A program made the translations under genes and the position numbers. Positions 52,715 through 64,000 of a DNA stretch of 64,000 nucleotides are shown here, piece after piece. The notes beneath the pieces are model-generated. The model was not told where the DNA came from and ran no database searches. It worked only from the letters and a program-made list of their open reading frames with translations. The stretch comes from Octopus vulgaris. Its lineage: Eukaryota. The stretch is taken from assembly GCA_951406725.2 (NCBI GenBank), contig OX597824.1, forward strand, positions 10,788,001-10,852,000, written 5' to 3'. The stretch's first letter is position 1; each line of letters opens with the position of its first letter.

Positions 52715-53953
52715 ATAACAAATTTTTTTTATTTAATTTCATTAAACATACCTTCACATTCAAAAATGTCTGATAAACATGTCATGATCCATGTTTTGTT
52801 GAATTAAAATTTATCAGAAAGTCCAACGCTGTTTGCTAATTTGTAGCTATACACAGGCTGCATATACACAATCATCATCAAATCACAAAAGGGCCTGCAA
52901 CGATTTTTTTTTTCCCGATGAAACCAATATCCCTGAAACTATGGTGGGAGTTTGAAGCTCTTGTTTATAACTATGTAAACAAACTGCTTGCTGAATTATG
53001 CTTGTGTCTGCCAACTGATAAAAAAAATATCATCAGATGCAAAGTGAATAGCAACAATCAAAACAATGGCTGGCATATTTATTCTTAATAATATTCTGGC
53101 AGTTTCACTGTGGCATTTCAATGCATTTTCATGAAATCAAAGCTAGAATTTTCAAAAACATGCATGGTTCCCGAAGTGATTGCATCAATTACAAGGGAGA
53201 TAATCAGGTTTCCATAATACGAGGCAGGATTGCAGAGTTCAGTCTAAGCACTGGAAGAAGAATTCACGTATTGTATTGTGACACAGAAAAAACAACTTGA
53301 TGATATTAGAGGTTTCTTAGACCATCTAAGATCTCTGGCACTCTTCAATTTATTTCTCTATAACTTCTGGAGGAGTTACCTCATTCCTATATAATCTTAA
53401 CAAAAAACAAAAAAAATCAATTGATCTTTACCATTCTCTAAGCACTGACACAAACAGATGACACCCTAAATTTAGGTACTTCAGTACTCAGTATTGAATT
53501 CAAATTCTATATTCACCCCTGCAGAGTTAGATTGTAAGGACAGTCAGTTCATTAAATTTATACACACTACAATCTTTAACTTCTTCCTCCTTTTGTCAAG
53601 TCAAAGCGATTCTTATTTGCATTATTACAGAAAGTATTGGAATGCAACAATCTATTTTTATTCCAAGCACCACAAATAATACATCACCCCCACTCCTACA
53701 GATTTCAGTCATCATATTTAAAATCAAAGTATACGGTTTCCTAGATTTAGTTAAATGGAGTTTGTTTTTTAAACAGCCATGTGTTTAAATGTTATATATT
53801 ATAAAAAATGCTTTTCTTTCTTCAATCCTTCCTCCACATCTGATAGAAAAAGTGGCTTTTTTAACTTTTTTAAGAAGAAAACAAACAAAAAAAATTGAAG
53901 AAATTATAATCCAACAAAATATTCTGAAAGCCCAACAAAATGAAGGACATCAA

Positions 53954-54003
<50 letters not shown>

Positions 54004-55089
54004 CATACATATATATATACACACATATATATATATATAACACTACACAAAAGCTTACAATAGTTCATGCCAACAACATGAAGAAACTAGAGATACAACA
54101 CCAGAATCTGTTGATTGCACTTACAAATTGCCAATGGCCAGGAACTACCACTCAGTTCCAGTGGCAAGGTCACATCTAAAAACAGATTATTAAATCCCAA
54201 ATCATTAAAACTATTTATTACATTGTTACATAATAGGTTCTGGCTGAACATTAAGTATCTTATCAACATTCATCAATGCTCACAGGTTGAAATAAAATCT
54301 GAAAAGTAAGCTTAAAACAATAAAGGGACCATGGAGGATTATAGACTTAATTTAAGGGTTAGAGACTCACTATGACTGTTGAAATGACACATAAGTAATT
54401 CTTTAAAATGTCCTTTTGCTTAGTAAGTTATATTGGAAGATTGGTAGCATCGATGGACCATCAGACAAACTACATTGTGGTTTCCAGTTATGTCCCTTTA
54501 TGTTCTGACTTTAATTACTGCACAGGTCCACAATACCTTTCATCTTTCCAACATTGATAAAATAATGCCAGTACTGAGGTTAATACATTTGCCCATATGC
54601 TAGAATATGATGTCCTACCTTGACCACACTCCAATGACAAACTATTAAAGGAGAGAACAAAAAAATGAAGGGATAGTATCTGTGACCACTGCAAGCCATC
54701 CCAACCTATCAAAGTTGATACTCAGCCTGAACATCCTGCAGGGAAAATGCCAGTGAGGAGGTGATTGTGAGTTGTATACGAACATTTGCCAACTCCACTC
54801 AAAGTATCTAAGAACTGGGATATTTAATGCTAAAAATATTGGCTTCAAATCTTGGTACAGGGCCAACAATTTTGGGGAAATGGGTAAATTGATTACAATG
54901 ACCTCAGTGCTTAGCTGGTACTCAATTTAATCAACCTTGAAAGGATAAAAGGCAAAGTCAAACCTCAATGGAATTTGAACTCAGAACATAAAGATGGATG
55001 ACTTAATACAAGAATATTACTGCCATTTCAACTGCATTTACAATATTTCCTTTTTGTGTTAAAATCTGTATCAGTTCTTTGTACAGCAG

Positions 55090-55440
55090 TAAGCTGGCAG
55101 AATCATTAGCACATTGGAAAAAATGCTTAGTGGTATTTTTTCTGCAGCTACGTTCTGAGTTCAAATTCCACTGAGGTCGACTTTGCCTTTCATCCTTTTG
55201 GGGTCGATTAAATAAGTACCAGTTATGCACTGGGGTCGATATAATCAACTTAATCCGTTTGTCTGTCCTCTCTGTGTGTTTAGCCCCTTGTGGGTAGTAA
55301 AGAAATACGTATTTCTTCTGGTTCTTTACATTCTGAGTTCAAATCTTGCCATGGTCAACTTTGCCTTTCATCCTGTTGGGGATTGAAAACAAAAAAATAA
55401 AGTACCAGTCAAGTACTAGGGTCAATGTAATTGACTTGCC
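55090..55440 (+). mobile_element. SINE family B, tandem copies
   Basis: Two consecutive GAGTTCAAAT...GCCTTTCATCCT units; an inverted relative lies at ~54880-55000. Confidence 0.85.
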
Positions 55441-56315
55441 TTCACTCCTCAAAATAGCTGATCTTGAACCCTGCAATGGACGAGTATTCTATCCAGAGGG
55501 AATATTGTGATCACAGTTGCTTAAATGCCTTGGAAACTAGCTAATGGGCCTTGTAGGTTCTAGGGCTCAAGAAAAAAAAATGTTTGACTAGTTCTGACCC
55601 TGTCTCAAGGTTCACGGATCACCAAAGATATACCCACTTTAAAGTTTATTTCCATTAACATTTACACAATTGGGATCCTTCTTTATTCTGCAAACCAAAA
55701 ATTGTATTCTGTAAAATATTCTAATGTGACATTGATCATTTAGTAGAAAACATTGTCAAGAGGTTTCATAATTTAAATTTATTTGAAATTTCCCTTTTAA
55801 ACTTTGAAAAAAAAAACCCCAATTTATGCTGAAAAGAAATGCAGTTTAGTTTTATTATTCAATATTTAAACAGTAATTCTCTATAATGCCCAGCAATGCA
55901 TTCTACATACTTAATTATTCACAATATTAAAATATTATATAGGAAAAGAGCAATAGGTACTTCAAATGGACTTACATTATGTATCTCTTGCTTGTTGAAT
56001 GACCAAATTAGAAATATTGTTCAAATCCATTCAGTGGGTTTGTTCATTTTTCTTTTCATTTTAAATTAGTATTTATAATGACTAACATCATTTTCAATCA
56101 AATCTTAGTTATAACTATTTTTCACAATCGCATTTAACAATAACTTCACGTCTCTGACATTTAATCTTATATTCAACCTATTTCTAATCCCAGTCATTCC
56201 ATTTCTTGTTGTTCCTACCTAAATTCAACATACAATCGATTTTTATGACACCCTGTGCTTAACCTTATGTTTCAAAAAATTTTTTAAATAAAAAAAAAAA
56301 TCATAGAAAACTTAC

Positions 56316-56403
56316 CAATATTTTCTTGTCCACTTCGACTAGAACTTGATCCACTTGAGGTTCTCTCTCGATGGCTGTTTAAACGTTCAAATACTTCTTT
56401 ATC
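56316..56403 (-). CDS. Internal exon
   Basis: ttctag|...|gtaagt, phase 0 to 1; DKEVFERLNSHRERTSSGSSSSRSGQENI. Confidence 0.85.
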
Positions 56404-57209
56404 CTAGAATAGTTTCGAAAAGTAAAATGTATCAGAAATTTAAACAACAACAAACCATTTACCATATCTGGAAAAAAAATTAGTAATTAATGACCCTCAA
56501 AAATAATTACTGGAAACATATGAGTGGTACTATAGTTCCTCCCATTGTGAACTCTATATATATTCACTTCTAAGATATACAGAATTTAGATTTAGTACCG
56601 AACCATTCCTCCATAGAATGACACAGAATTTAGAGGAGACAAATCTAAGTATCCCCCCCCCCCCCCTAATATGACTTCTTTTAGTTAAGACAATACAATT
56701 ATATTGTACCAATGTGGCAATCTTAAACCAAATACAAGACAGAACTACTGTAGAAAAAAAGTCAAAGGTTATCTTTGGTGCTAAATGGCAATTGATTGGT
56801 ACTTAAAAATGATTACTGTAATGAATACACTAATTATAATCCATCAAAGGGAGAATAATAAATTTTGTCTATTTCTGTTCTACTTTCTTAAACGGTGGTA
56901 CAAATTTTCATATTCAATCTCTCTGAAGAAAACGGATCTTGGTATGTTTCAGCTGAAACTATCTATATATTGTGTTCATTGTATTAATAAGTGGCTGAGT
57001 ATTCCATAGATATGTGTGGTCTTAATATAATCCTCAGACAGAATCAGTGTGGTGCAGTATAACTAAATTGGACCTTTGAATTCTAGACACAATCCATCTC
57101 AATAAGCTTATGTACACTTTCTATCTACACAATCACAAGACTTAGACTGACCTGACACTATTGTAAATAACACCAACCCAAGATGCCACACCCACCACAA
57201 GGTCCAGTT

Positions 57210-57400
57210 TCTTGTTGCAGTGGGGTGGTTTGTCTGCTTCAATGGCCCAAGAGCTATGCCATAGAGTGCAAGCTCTTGGTAGGGCCTCTCATGCTGGACT
57301 GGTCAAAGGGTAGAGGCCAGACTAATATGGGCCACTTCCTCACAGAGATTAAAAAAAAAAAAAGGGTTTGCATAGAGCCAACACCCTTACCTGGAAAAAA
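57210..57400 (+). mobile_element. RTE-like 5' UTR fragment
   Basis: CAATGGCCCAAGAGCTATGCC...TTGGTAGGGCCTCTCATGCTGGACTGGTCAAAGGGTAGAGGCCAGAC. Confidence 0.55.
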
Positions 57401-57739
57401 AGCAAAGTTACTGAAGTATTGATGACAATTCAAAACCAACAAGACCTGGGAGAGGAAGGGGTTAATGCAGTGCAGTGAAACCCAAAAGAAAGTTGCAAAG
57501 CTAACTCCCCTTCTGACCACCAGGATGACTCAGAGTCAAGAACAGTGGCTTATGCTCCATATGGACCGTATCAAACCTGGAACTTTGTGATTGCAAAATG
57601 AACTTCTTTAGCATTGAGTAATGCTGTATGAATCTCTCTAGAATCTAAATAAAAAAATGTGACAAATATAGAAATACAGTGGAATGTTTTGTTTTTTATT
57701 TGCAACTATTGTTGATGGAAGATTTTTATTAAAACAATT

Positions 57740-57981
57740 GTTTATAAGCCATTTAAGAAACACAAAAACTGTTAGATTCACTTCAACATTTAAATTTCAT
57801 TTGTCAAAATATTTTCGCTGCTTTGAGACCACGTGTTCATTGACAAAATTTCATTGAAGTGAATCTAACGGTTTTTGTGCGTTTCTTAAATGGCTTATAA
57901 ACACCTTCCACGCTACAATTGTTTTTGTTCCAGCACACGATATCAGATCAGGTTACTTGCTATGCAAGTACATCTCTGTAA
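57740..57981. mobile_element. Second copy of the 24614-24959 fold-back family
   Basis: Same sequence with a different inversion point; decayed hammerhead fold on minus strand ~57800-57847. Confidence 0.75.
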
Positions 57982-58370
57982 TTTTATTAAAACATATTTC
58001 ATTAACAAACTATAGTTTAGAAGCAGCAAGCTGTCTTCAAAACCAACAGGTAATATTAGCCAATGAGGAAGCTTCTATACAGTTGCTTCATCTACTAGAA
58101 ACAGCAGTTAACAATCCCTTAAATGACACTATATTGCCTTCAAAAGAAACCTCCTTGGATAATAGAGTCTTAGGAACACAATATGGTGGTGGGAGTGGGG
58201 GAGATAGTATCATCATATTTGATGGTAGAGATCTACTCTATCAGGATTGATCTAAGGTAAACAACCTCCAACATATAAATTTCCAAGATGATGATGATGA
58301 TGGAGAGAAATCTAATATTTATATTTAGATGTGATTAGATGATTGGTGAGGTACTGAGATATATACATAC

Positions 58371-58490
58371 CCGAGTACGTTTAGGACTAAATTCATTAAA
58401 GTTGAGCTTCCCTGGAACAAAGTCAGACTTTCCAAATGGTTCTTTAGTAAGGATCTCTGGTGAAGGGGCTGACTCAGTTTTCCATCCCAA
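58371..58490 (-). CDS. Internal exon
   Basis: cctttag|...|gtatgt, phase 0 to 0; LGWKTESAPSPEILTKEPFGKSDFVPGKLNFNEFSPKRTR. Confidence 0.85.
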
Positions 58491-59796
58491 CTAAAGGAAG
58501 GAAGTAAACAAAGGTTTTTTAAATAATCTTTATTAGAGAAATAAGAATATAAAGTATTTAGCTAGTGTTAGGGACACTACAGTGTTAGAAAATATCTCAA
58601 AAGTGATTAAAGAATGAAGAGATATAATTTTTATGCTCAGCAGTGAAGAAGAACTTTTGACTCATTTTAGACGTACATAATTTCTATAAATTCCCTTCTA
58701 AGAAATTCTGAAAAAAAAATGCGTAGTTAAGTACTTGGTATTTAGCTTGCATTGTCTTGTTAGCTTTTACAATTTTCTTTTTTTGAATAGCAGCATTGAT
58801 ACAGAGTCTAATTTATGACAACATGAATATAGAGACTAACTTAGGACAGCAATAATATCATAATGGAGACTAACTTATAACAGCACTACAGTAAAGAAAA
58901 ATTTTACCAAAGTCAACCCAGTAAACAACAGGAGACTATATTTCAGAAATATAATGCTTAAAAGATAAACACAAAATATATTTCTGTTTTGTTTATTCAA
59001 TCATATTTTAAAGAAGAAAATAGTTTATACATTTTATTAAATTTAACCAATGAGAGACCATTGTTATATATTTCATTTGACTGTAAAACTGAAGCGAAGA
59101 AAATAATACAGAAACTAGTCTGAAGTTAAATAATTGCAATATTTAATTAACAAATGCATAAATGAAAGCGATATTAAAATGTCATGAGGAACATTCTATG
59201 TAAATAACATATGTAATATTAGTGTATATATGTAGTTTGATAGGCATAAACATTAATGTATGTATTTTAGTAGGTATGCCATTTAATTCATACTATGATT
59301 TCACATTAGTGTCTGAATGATGTTAACTTGCGTGAATTGAAGACCACTGAGTAATCATGTGAAACTATTGTATGAACATAATGGTAATTACTAAAATATG
59401 AATATAATCATTGTAAGTGGATATGACCAGGTACATGTGTATATAAATCTAGATATAAGATATATATATTCAACAACTAAGTACAGATATAGAGTTAAAT
59501 ATAAAAGTTTAATAAACAAAACATATAAACCAATGCTGAAGATGAAAATGGTAATATTATTAGATATAAAACAGGTATTAATAGTAACGAGGAACAGGTT
59601 AGCGGGAAGGTAACTGACAACATATAAATGATACAAAATACAACATTCACAGCAGCAAAGATATTCATAATTGATCAAAGACATCATAGATAATAAAAAT
59701 TAAATTAAATTGTTGATGCTAAACCAGGACATAATTTGCCAGCAGTTATAATGCTTCTTGTACATTATATAACGGAATATTCTGTTATCTCTTTAA

Positions 59797-60015
59797 CCCT
59801 TTAGTGTTTAAACTGGCCATATCCGGCCCAAATATTCTATGTTTTATATTCAAACTGGCCATATCTAGCCTCTCACACCTAACCTACATTGACATTCTAA
59901 AAATAAACAATCACATCATTGAAACCCCAAAGCTATAAGATAATGCTTGATTAATTCAAAACAATTTGAATAAAAAATATATTACATTTAACAGAGTAAT
60001 CTGAACACTAAAAAG
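59797..60015. mobile_element. piggyBac-like MITE
   Basis: TTAA-flanked; same family as 40859. Confidence 0.85.
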
Positions 60016-60103
60016 TTAAGTTACATTCATAGTTTAGTTTTATTAATAATATTTTCAAATACTATCAAAGTTTGCTGTTCATACTTTTGGATTAATAAAT
60101 TAA

Positions 60104-60319
60104 CCCTTTAGCATTGTAACTGGCCATATCTGGCCAAAATATTCTGTTTTATGTTCATACTGTCCAGATCTAGCCTCTCACACCTACCCAACAATATCAT
60201 TCTAAAAATTAATAGTTACATCATCAAAATTTCAAAGCTATGAGGCAACACATGACTGAATCAAAAGAAAGTGAATAAATAGGTATTACTTTTGACAGAA
60301 TAATGTGAATGCTAAAGGG
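60104..60319. mobile_element. piggyBac-like MITE
   Basis: TTAA|CCCTTTAGCATT...AATGCTAAAGGG|TTAA. Confidence 0.85.
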
Positions 60320-60937
60320 TTAAAGTACCTACCAAGTACCGGAGTTGATTTAATGAACTATACTGTCTCCCTAACTCAAAAGAAAAAAAATACAACAAAA
60401 TTTTTTTTTTCTTCAGCTCAAAAGAAATGTGCAGATAAAACTGATATAAATATTAGTAATAATCCTCAGACACCTTATCTTCTGCTGCAGTTTCTTGTAG
60501 TTTCTTTAAGCCAATTTTCAATACATAAGTTCGCTAATTTCTCTGGCTGGCACAACAAAACATTTCTCCTGCAATCTCATTACCTATGTAAACTGAAGTT
60601 TTCAACTCACTAGATTACATTACATATGTAAGACCTTATTATACCGGAATTTATAGTTTTAACAGCTAATCTAAAAAGGTTACTTGTAAAGAAACAATTA
60701 TTGTAAAGAAACAATTATTTTTTTATTTTATCTTAAAAACTACAATCCACCACTTACAAAAAAACAAGACATTTCTTTGTATAAGAGAGTAAAGGTTCTG
60801 CAGGAGACAAAAGGATTTTATGAACTTCAATCCACAAAAGTTTTCATTCTCTTTGAAGCAAAATGTTTGGAAAGAGCAGCCAAGTTTATGAGCTCCTAAA
60901 TTCCTTTGATAGCCACTTATATATAAGTATTATAGGT

Positions 60938-61268
60938 GGTGAAGGCGCATGGCTCAGTGGTCAGAGCTTTGAGCTTACGATCATAAGGTTGTGAGTTTGA
61001 TTCCCGGACTCGGCTGCGTGTTGTGTTCTTGAGCAAGACACTTCATTTTACGTTGCTCCAGTTAACTCAGCTGTAGAAATGCGTTGCAATATCACTGGTA
61101 CCAAGCTGTATCAGCCTTTGCCTTTCCCTTGGATAAGTGGTGTGGAGAGGGGAGGCTGGTATGCATGGGCAACTGCCGGCCTTCCACAAACAACCTTGCC
61201 CAGACTTGTGCCTCAGAGGGTAACTTTCTAGGTGCAATCCCATTGTCATTCATGACCAAAGGGAGTCT
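60938..61268 (+). mobile_element. tRNA-derived CORE-type SINE
   Basis: TGGCTCAGTGG A box, GAGTTTGATTCC B box, GTGTTCTTGAGCAAGACACTT...CAGCTGTAGAAATG; 3' part also at ~20243-20430. Confidence 0.75.
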
Positions 61269-62011
61269 CCTCAGGTTAATGAATACCTTGTATGTGTTCA
61301 TTAACCTATCAACACTAGTGCTGATCTTTAATCCACCTCTAAAAGAATCAGGCAATAAAAGTCAAAAATAATACAGCCATACTTGGCATCCAATTATTTA
61401 TATATCTACTTTTGTATTCCACTAAGATGTCTAATCCAGAAAATGATAAATTGTACAGTAAGCATGATTTTTTTATTCTTATGCAACCATCTACTCTTGT
61501 TAGCTTTCAACCTTCTACATTCAATCTTGTCGACCATGTTGCATACCACTAAATAGCAGGGAATATGCTTTATCCATTCTAACAGTTGCCATTGTTTCCA
61601 AATAATAGTCTACAGACACCAACTAGACACACAATTTTATCTTTCAACATGATAGACTAAGAACCTCACTTGGTTACTTACATTTTAAGCAATACTACAC
61701 ATGGTATTGCTCTGGATGTTGAACATGAAAGATGAGTATAAAACACCTCACCTACCAGTGAGTGGGGCCCTGAAATCAAGTCAATAAAACTGGCAGAATA
61801 CTGAAGAAGCAAATTAACCATTATAGCTACTTTCTTTGGATTTGTTGCTGAAATAACTCCAGACTATTTAGTCTGATCAAATGGTTGGCAGTAAGAAGGG
61901 GAGCAGCTCTTAAGAGCGGTTTCTATAGAGGTACGTACAATGTATGAGATATTCCCAGGTAGAAGAGACTCCTTCCGTAAGAATTAGTGAAACCTAGTAT
62001 CTACTACTTAC

Positions 62012-62077
62012 TACTTCCAAGTTCTTTTTTGTGTCAGAAGCAGCACGAGCCATGATATCTTTGCTTCTTTGCAAAGG
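62012..62077 (-). CDS. Most upstream exon identifiable in the window
   Basis: tctttacag|...|gtaagt, phase 0 to 0; PLQRSKDIMARAASDTKKNLEV. Confidence 0.7.
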
Positions 62078-62764
62078 CTGTAAAGAAGAACATGCAGTGT
62101 AAGAGGAGAACAAACATGCAAGTGTAGGAGGAACACAGGAGGAAAAAAAGGGTTAAAAAAAAGTTCATGAAATCGTTTTGTATTGCTAGTTTAAATTAAT
62201 GGGGTAATTAGTTCATGGGCAGGTGGGGGTAATTCGCCCACCTTTCAGTCAGTTCTTGACTCCCATTTCTTTAAGACGCTAATATGTTTGACCCCAACCA
62301 TCTCCATATGAATATAGTAAGGTGGTAAAAACCAAGAGACTTGCTCAAGAACAATATGTAACGGGATATGAACTCGCATCCATAAGGCTTATGCCTCAGC
62401 AACTGTGACTCTTACATTGAAGTGTCTGTATGTATGTATGTATGTGTGTGTCGCATTGAGTCGAAATAGGGGCAGCTGAAGAAGGGGAATGCTCCTTGTA
62501 TTGTTTGTCTTGTAATCTGTTTTTTCGTTGTTAAAAAAAAGTCCATTTCCTTGTTTGATTTTATGTTTTCGTTTCTCGTTGTGTTCTACGTTTATTTGTG
62601 GTGTCCTGTACTCATATATGCATGTATATATACATATAGATGTAGGTATGTACATATATGTATGTATGTATGCATATGTTTTATTTATTAAATTGTTATT
62701 ATATTTATTATATGATTGAACACTCGCGTTGTTTTTCTTCTTCTCCAAGTAAGTTTTATTTTTA

Positions 62765-62816
<52 letters not shown>

Positions 62817-62821
<5 letters not shown>

Positions 62822-63030
62822 AGTCAAAAATTATTGGCACTTTTGCCATAGCATATCTTTATTATAGTCACACTGCCTTTTGCGCATGCGTGCTTATAGT
62901 TGGTGCTATTGTGGTCACATGAGTGAAGTTTGATCTTGGTTGTGCCATTTTACTTTCTGGTTTTACAATGTAAGCATGGCCCCTCCACTAGCAATGTGCA
63001 CCAACGAAGAACGAAGAGCAGTGATCCAAG
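62817..63030 (+). mobile_element. 5' fragment of a mariner-like transposon
   Basis: TIR-like GAGAAGTCAAAAATTAT after a TA run; ATG at ~62977 gives MAPPLAMCTNEERRAVI, resembling mariner N-terminal EQRAVIxF. Confidence 0.55.
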
Positions 63031-63357
63031 AAATGGTAACGATGAACCAGTGTCTCACCAGACCCTAATGGCTGGTGGTCTATAACCTCTCACTAGTAAT
63101 TAAGGTCCCTGATAAGACAATGTAAAGCTAAGTGCTTTACGGATACAAAACCCTGAGTAATCCCATAGACCAGCCATAACTACCTTTATCTAAATACTCT
63201 ATAACTTAAAGTGTGCTTCTCTTTTGGATTTATGATTTACTGACAATATATATGACAAAGTACTATGCCAGTATATCAACTGCAAACATTGCATAACGGA
63301 TCACATGGCAACGTTTACATGCAATGGTGTTAAGAACAGAGTGATACTGAAATAAAA

Positions 63358-63594
63358 GGTGGCGAGCTGGCAGAAACATTAGCACGTTTACAAAATGCTT
63401 AGTGGTATCTCATCTGCTGCTACATTCTGAGTTCAAATTCTGCCGAGGTCAACTTTGCCTTTCATCCTTTCGGGGTCGATAAATTAAGTACCAGGTACCA
63501 GTTACGCACTGAGGTCGATGTAACCGACTTAATCCCTTTGTCTGTCCTTGCTTGTCCTCTGTGTGTTTAGCCCCTTGTGGGTAGTAAAGAAATA
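63358..63594 (+). mobile_element. SINE family B, full length
   Basis: Family consensus. Confidence 0.9.
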
Positions 63595-63702
63595 AGTACT
63601 GAAATAATTTCAACTAATAATAAAGATGCACTAAATTCATTATTCATCTTCTTACTTGTATGTATATGTGTGTGTGAGTATGTATATATATATATATGTA
63701 TA

Positions 63703-63739
<37 letters not shown>

Positions 63740-63763
63740 GTGTGTGTGCATATATATATATAT

Positions 63764-63976
63764 TTGCCAGCTCCGTCTGGCACCTGTGCGGGTGGCACGT
63801 AAAAAGCACCCACTACACTCACGGAGTGGTTGGCGTTAGGAAGGGCATCCAGCTGTAGAAACACTGCCAGATCAGACTGGGCCTGATGCAGCCTTCTGGC
63901 TTCACAGACCCCAGTTGAACCGTCCAACCCATGCTAGCATGGAAAGCGGACGCTAAATGATGATGATGATGATGAT
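63764..63976 (+). mobile_element. Retroposon family D 3' part
   Basis: Same as 30357-30577, (GAT)n tail. Confidence 0.8.
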
Positions 63977-64000
63977 AATATATATATATATATATAAAAC

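Noticed and set aside
61752-61993. Additional exon with GTGAG donor
   Set aside because: Candidate acceptors give a stop or a phase that does not fit the phase-0 neighbouring exons.
62485-62510. CTGAAGAAGGGGAATGCTCC hammerhead-like start
   Set aside because: The GAAA half-core is missing.

Overview
AT-rich eukaryotic DNA with dense microsatellites and SINEs. The repeat families look like coleoid cephalopod, probably Octopus; this is inferred from recognition, not a search. Positions 1-34 kb are intergenic transposon debris: three tRNA-derived SINE families, Helitron, Merlin-like, mariner, maT, RLE, RTE and Penelope-like remnants, plus a ~3-4 kb tandem duplication carrying a 55-bp minisatellite. 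Positions 35.5-62.1 kb hold the 3' half of a minus-strand gene. It has 8 phase-consistent GT-AG exons, one possible microexon and one apparent frameshift, and encodes a Ser/Pro-rich region ending in MAPKBP1/WDR62-like helices. The strongest unexplained signal is a set of type I minimal hammerhead-ribozyme folds in Penelope-like inverted repeats. Their core positions 3 and 8 covary (C3:G8, G3:C8, U3:A8) and their stem III is palindromic; one is fused behind a tRNA-like Pol III head. Most ORFs in the supplied track are microsatellite or SINE artefacts. All folds and alignments were done by eye.
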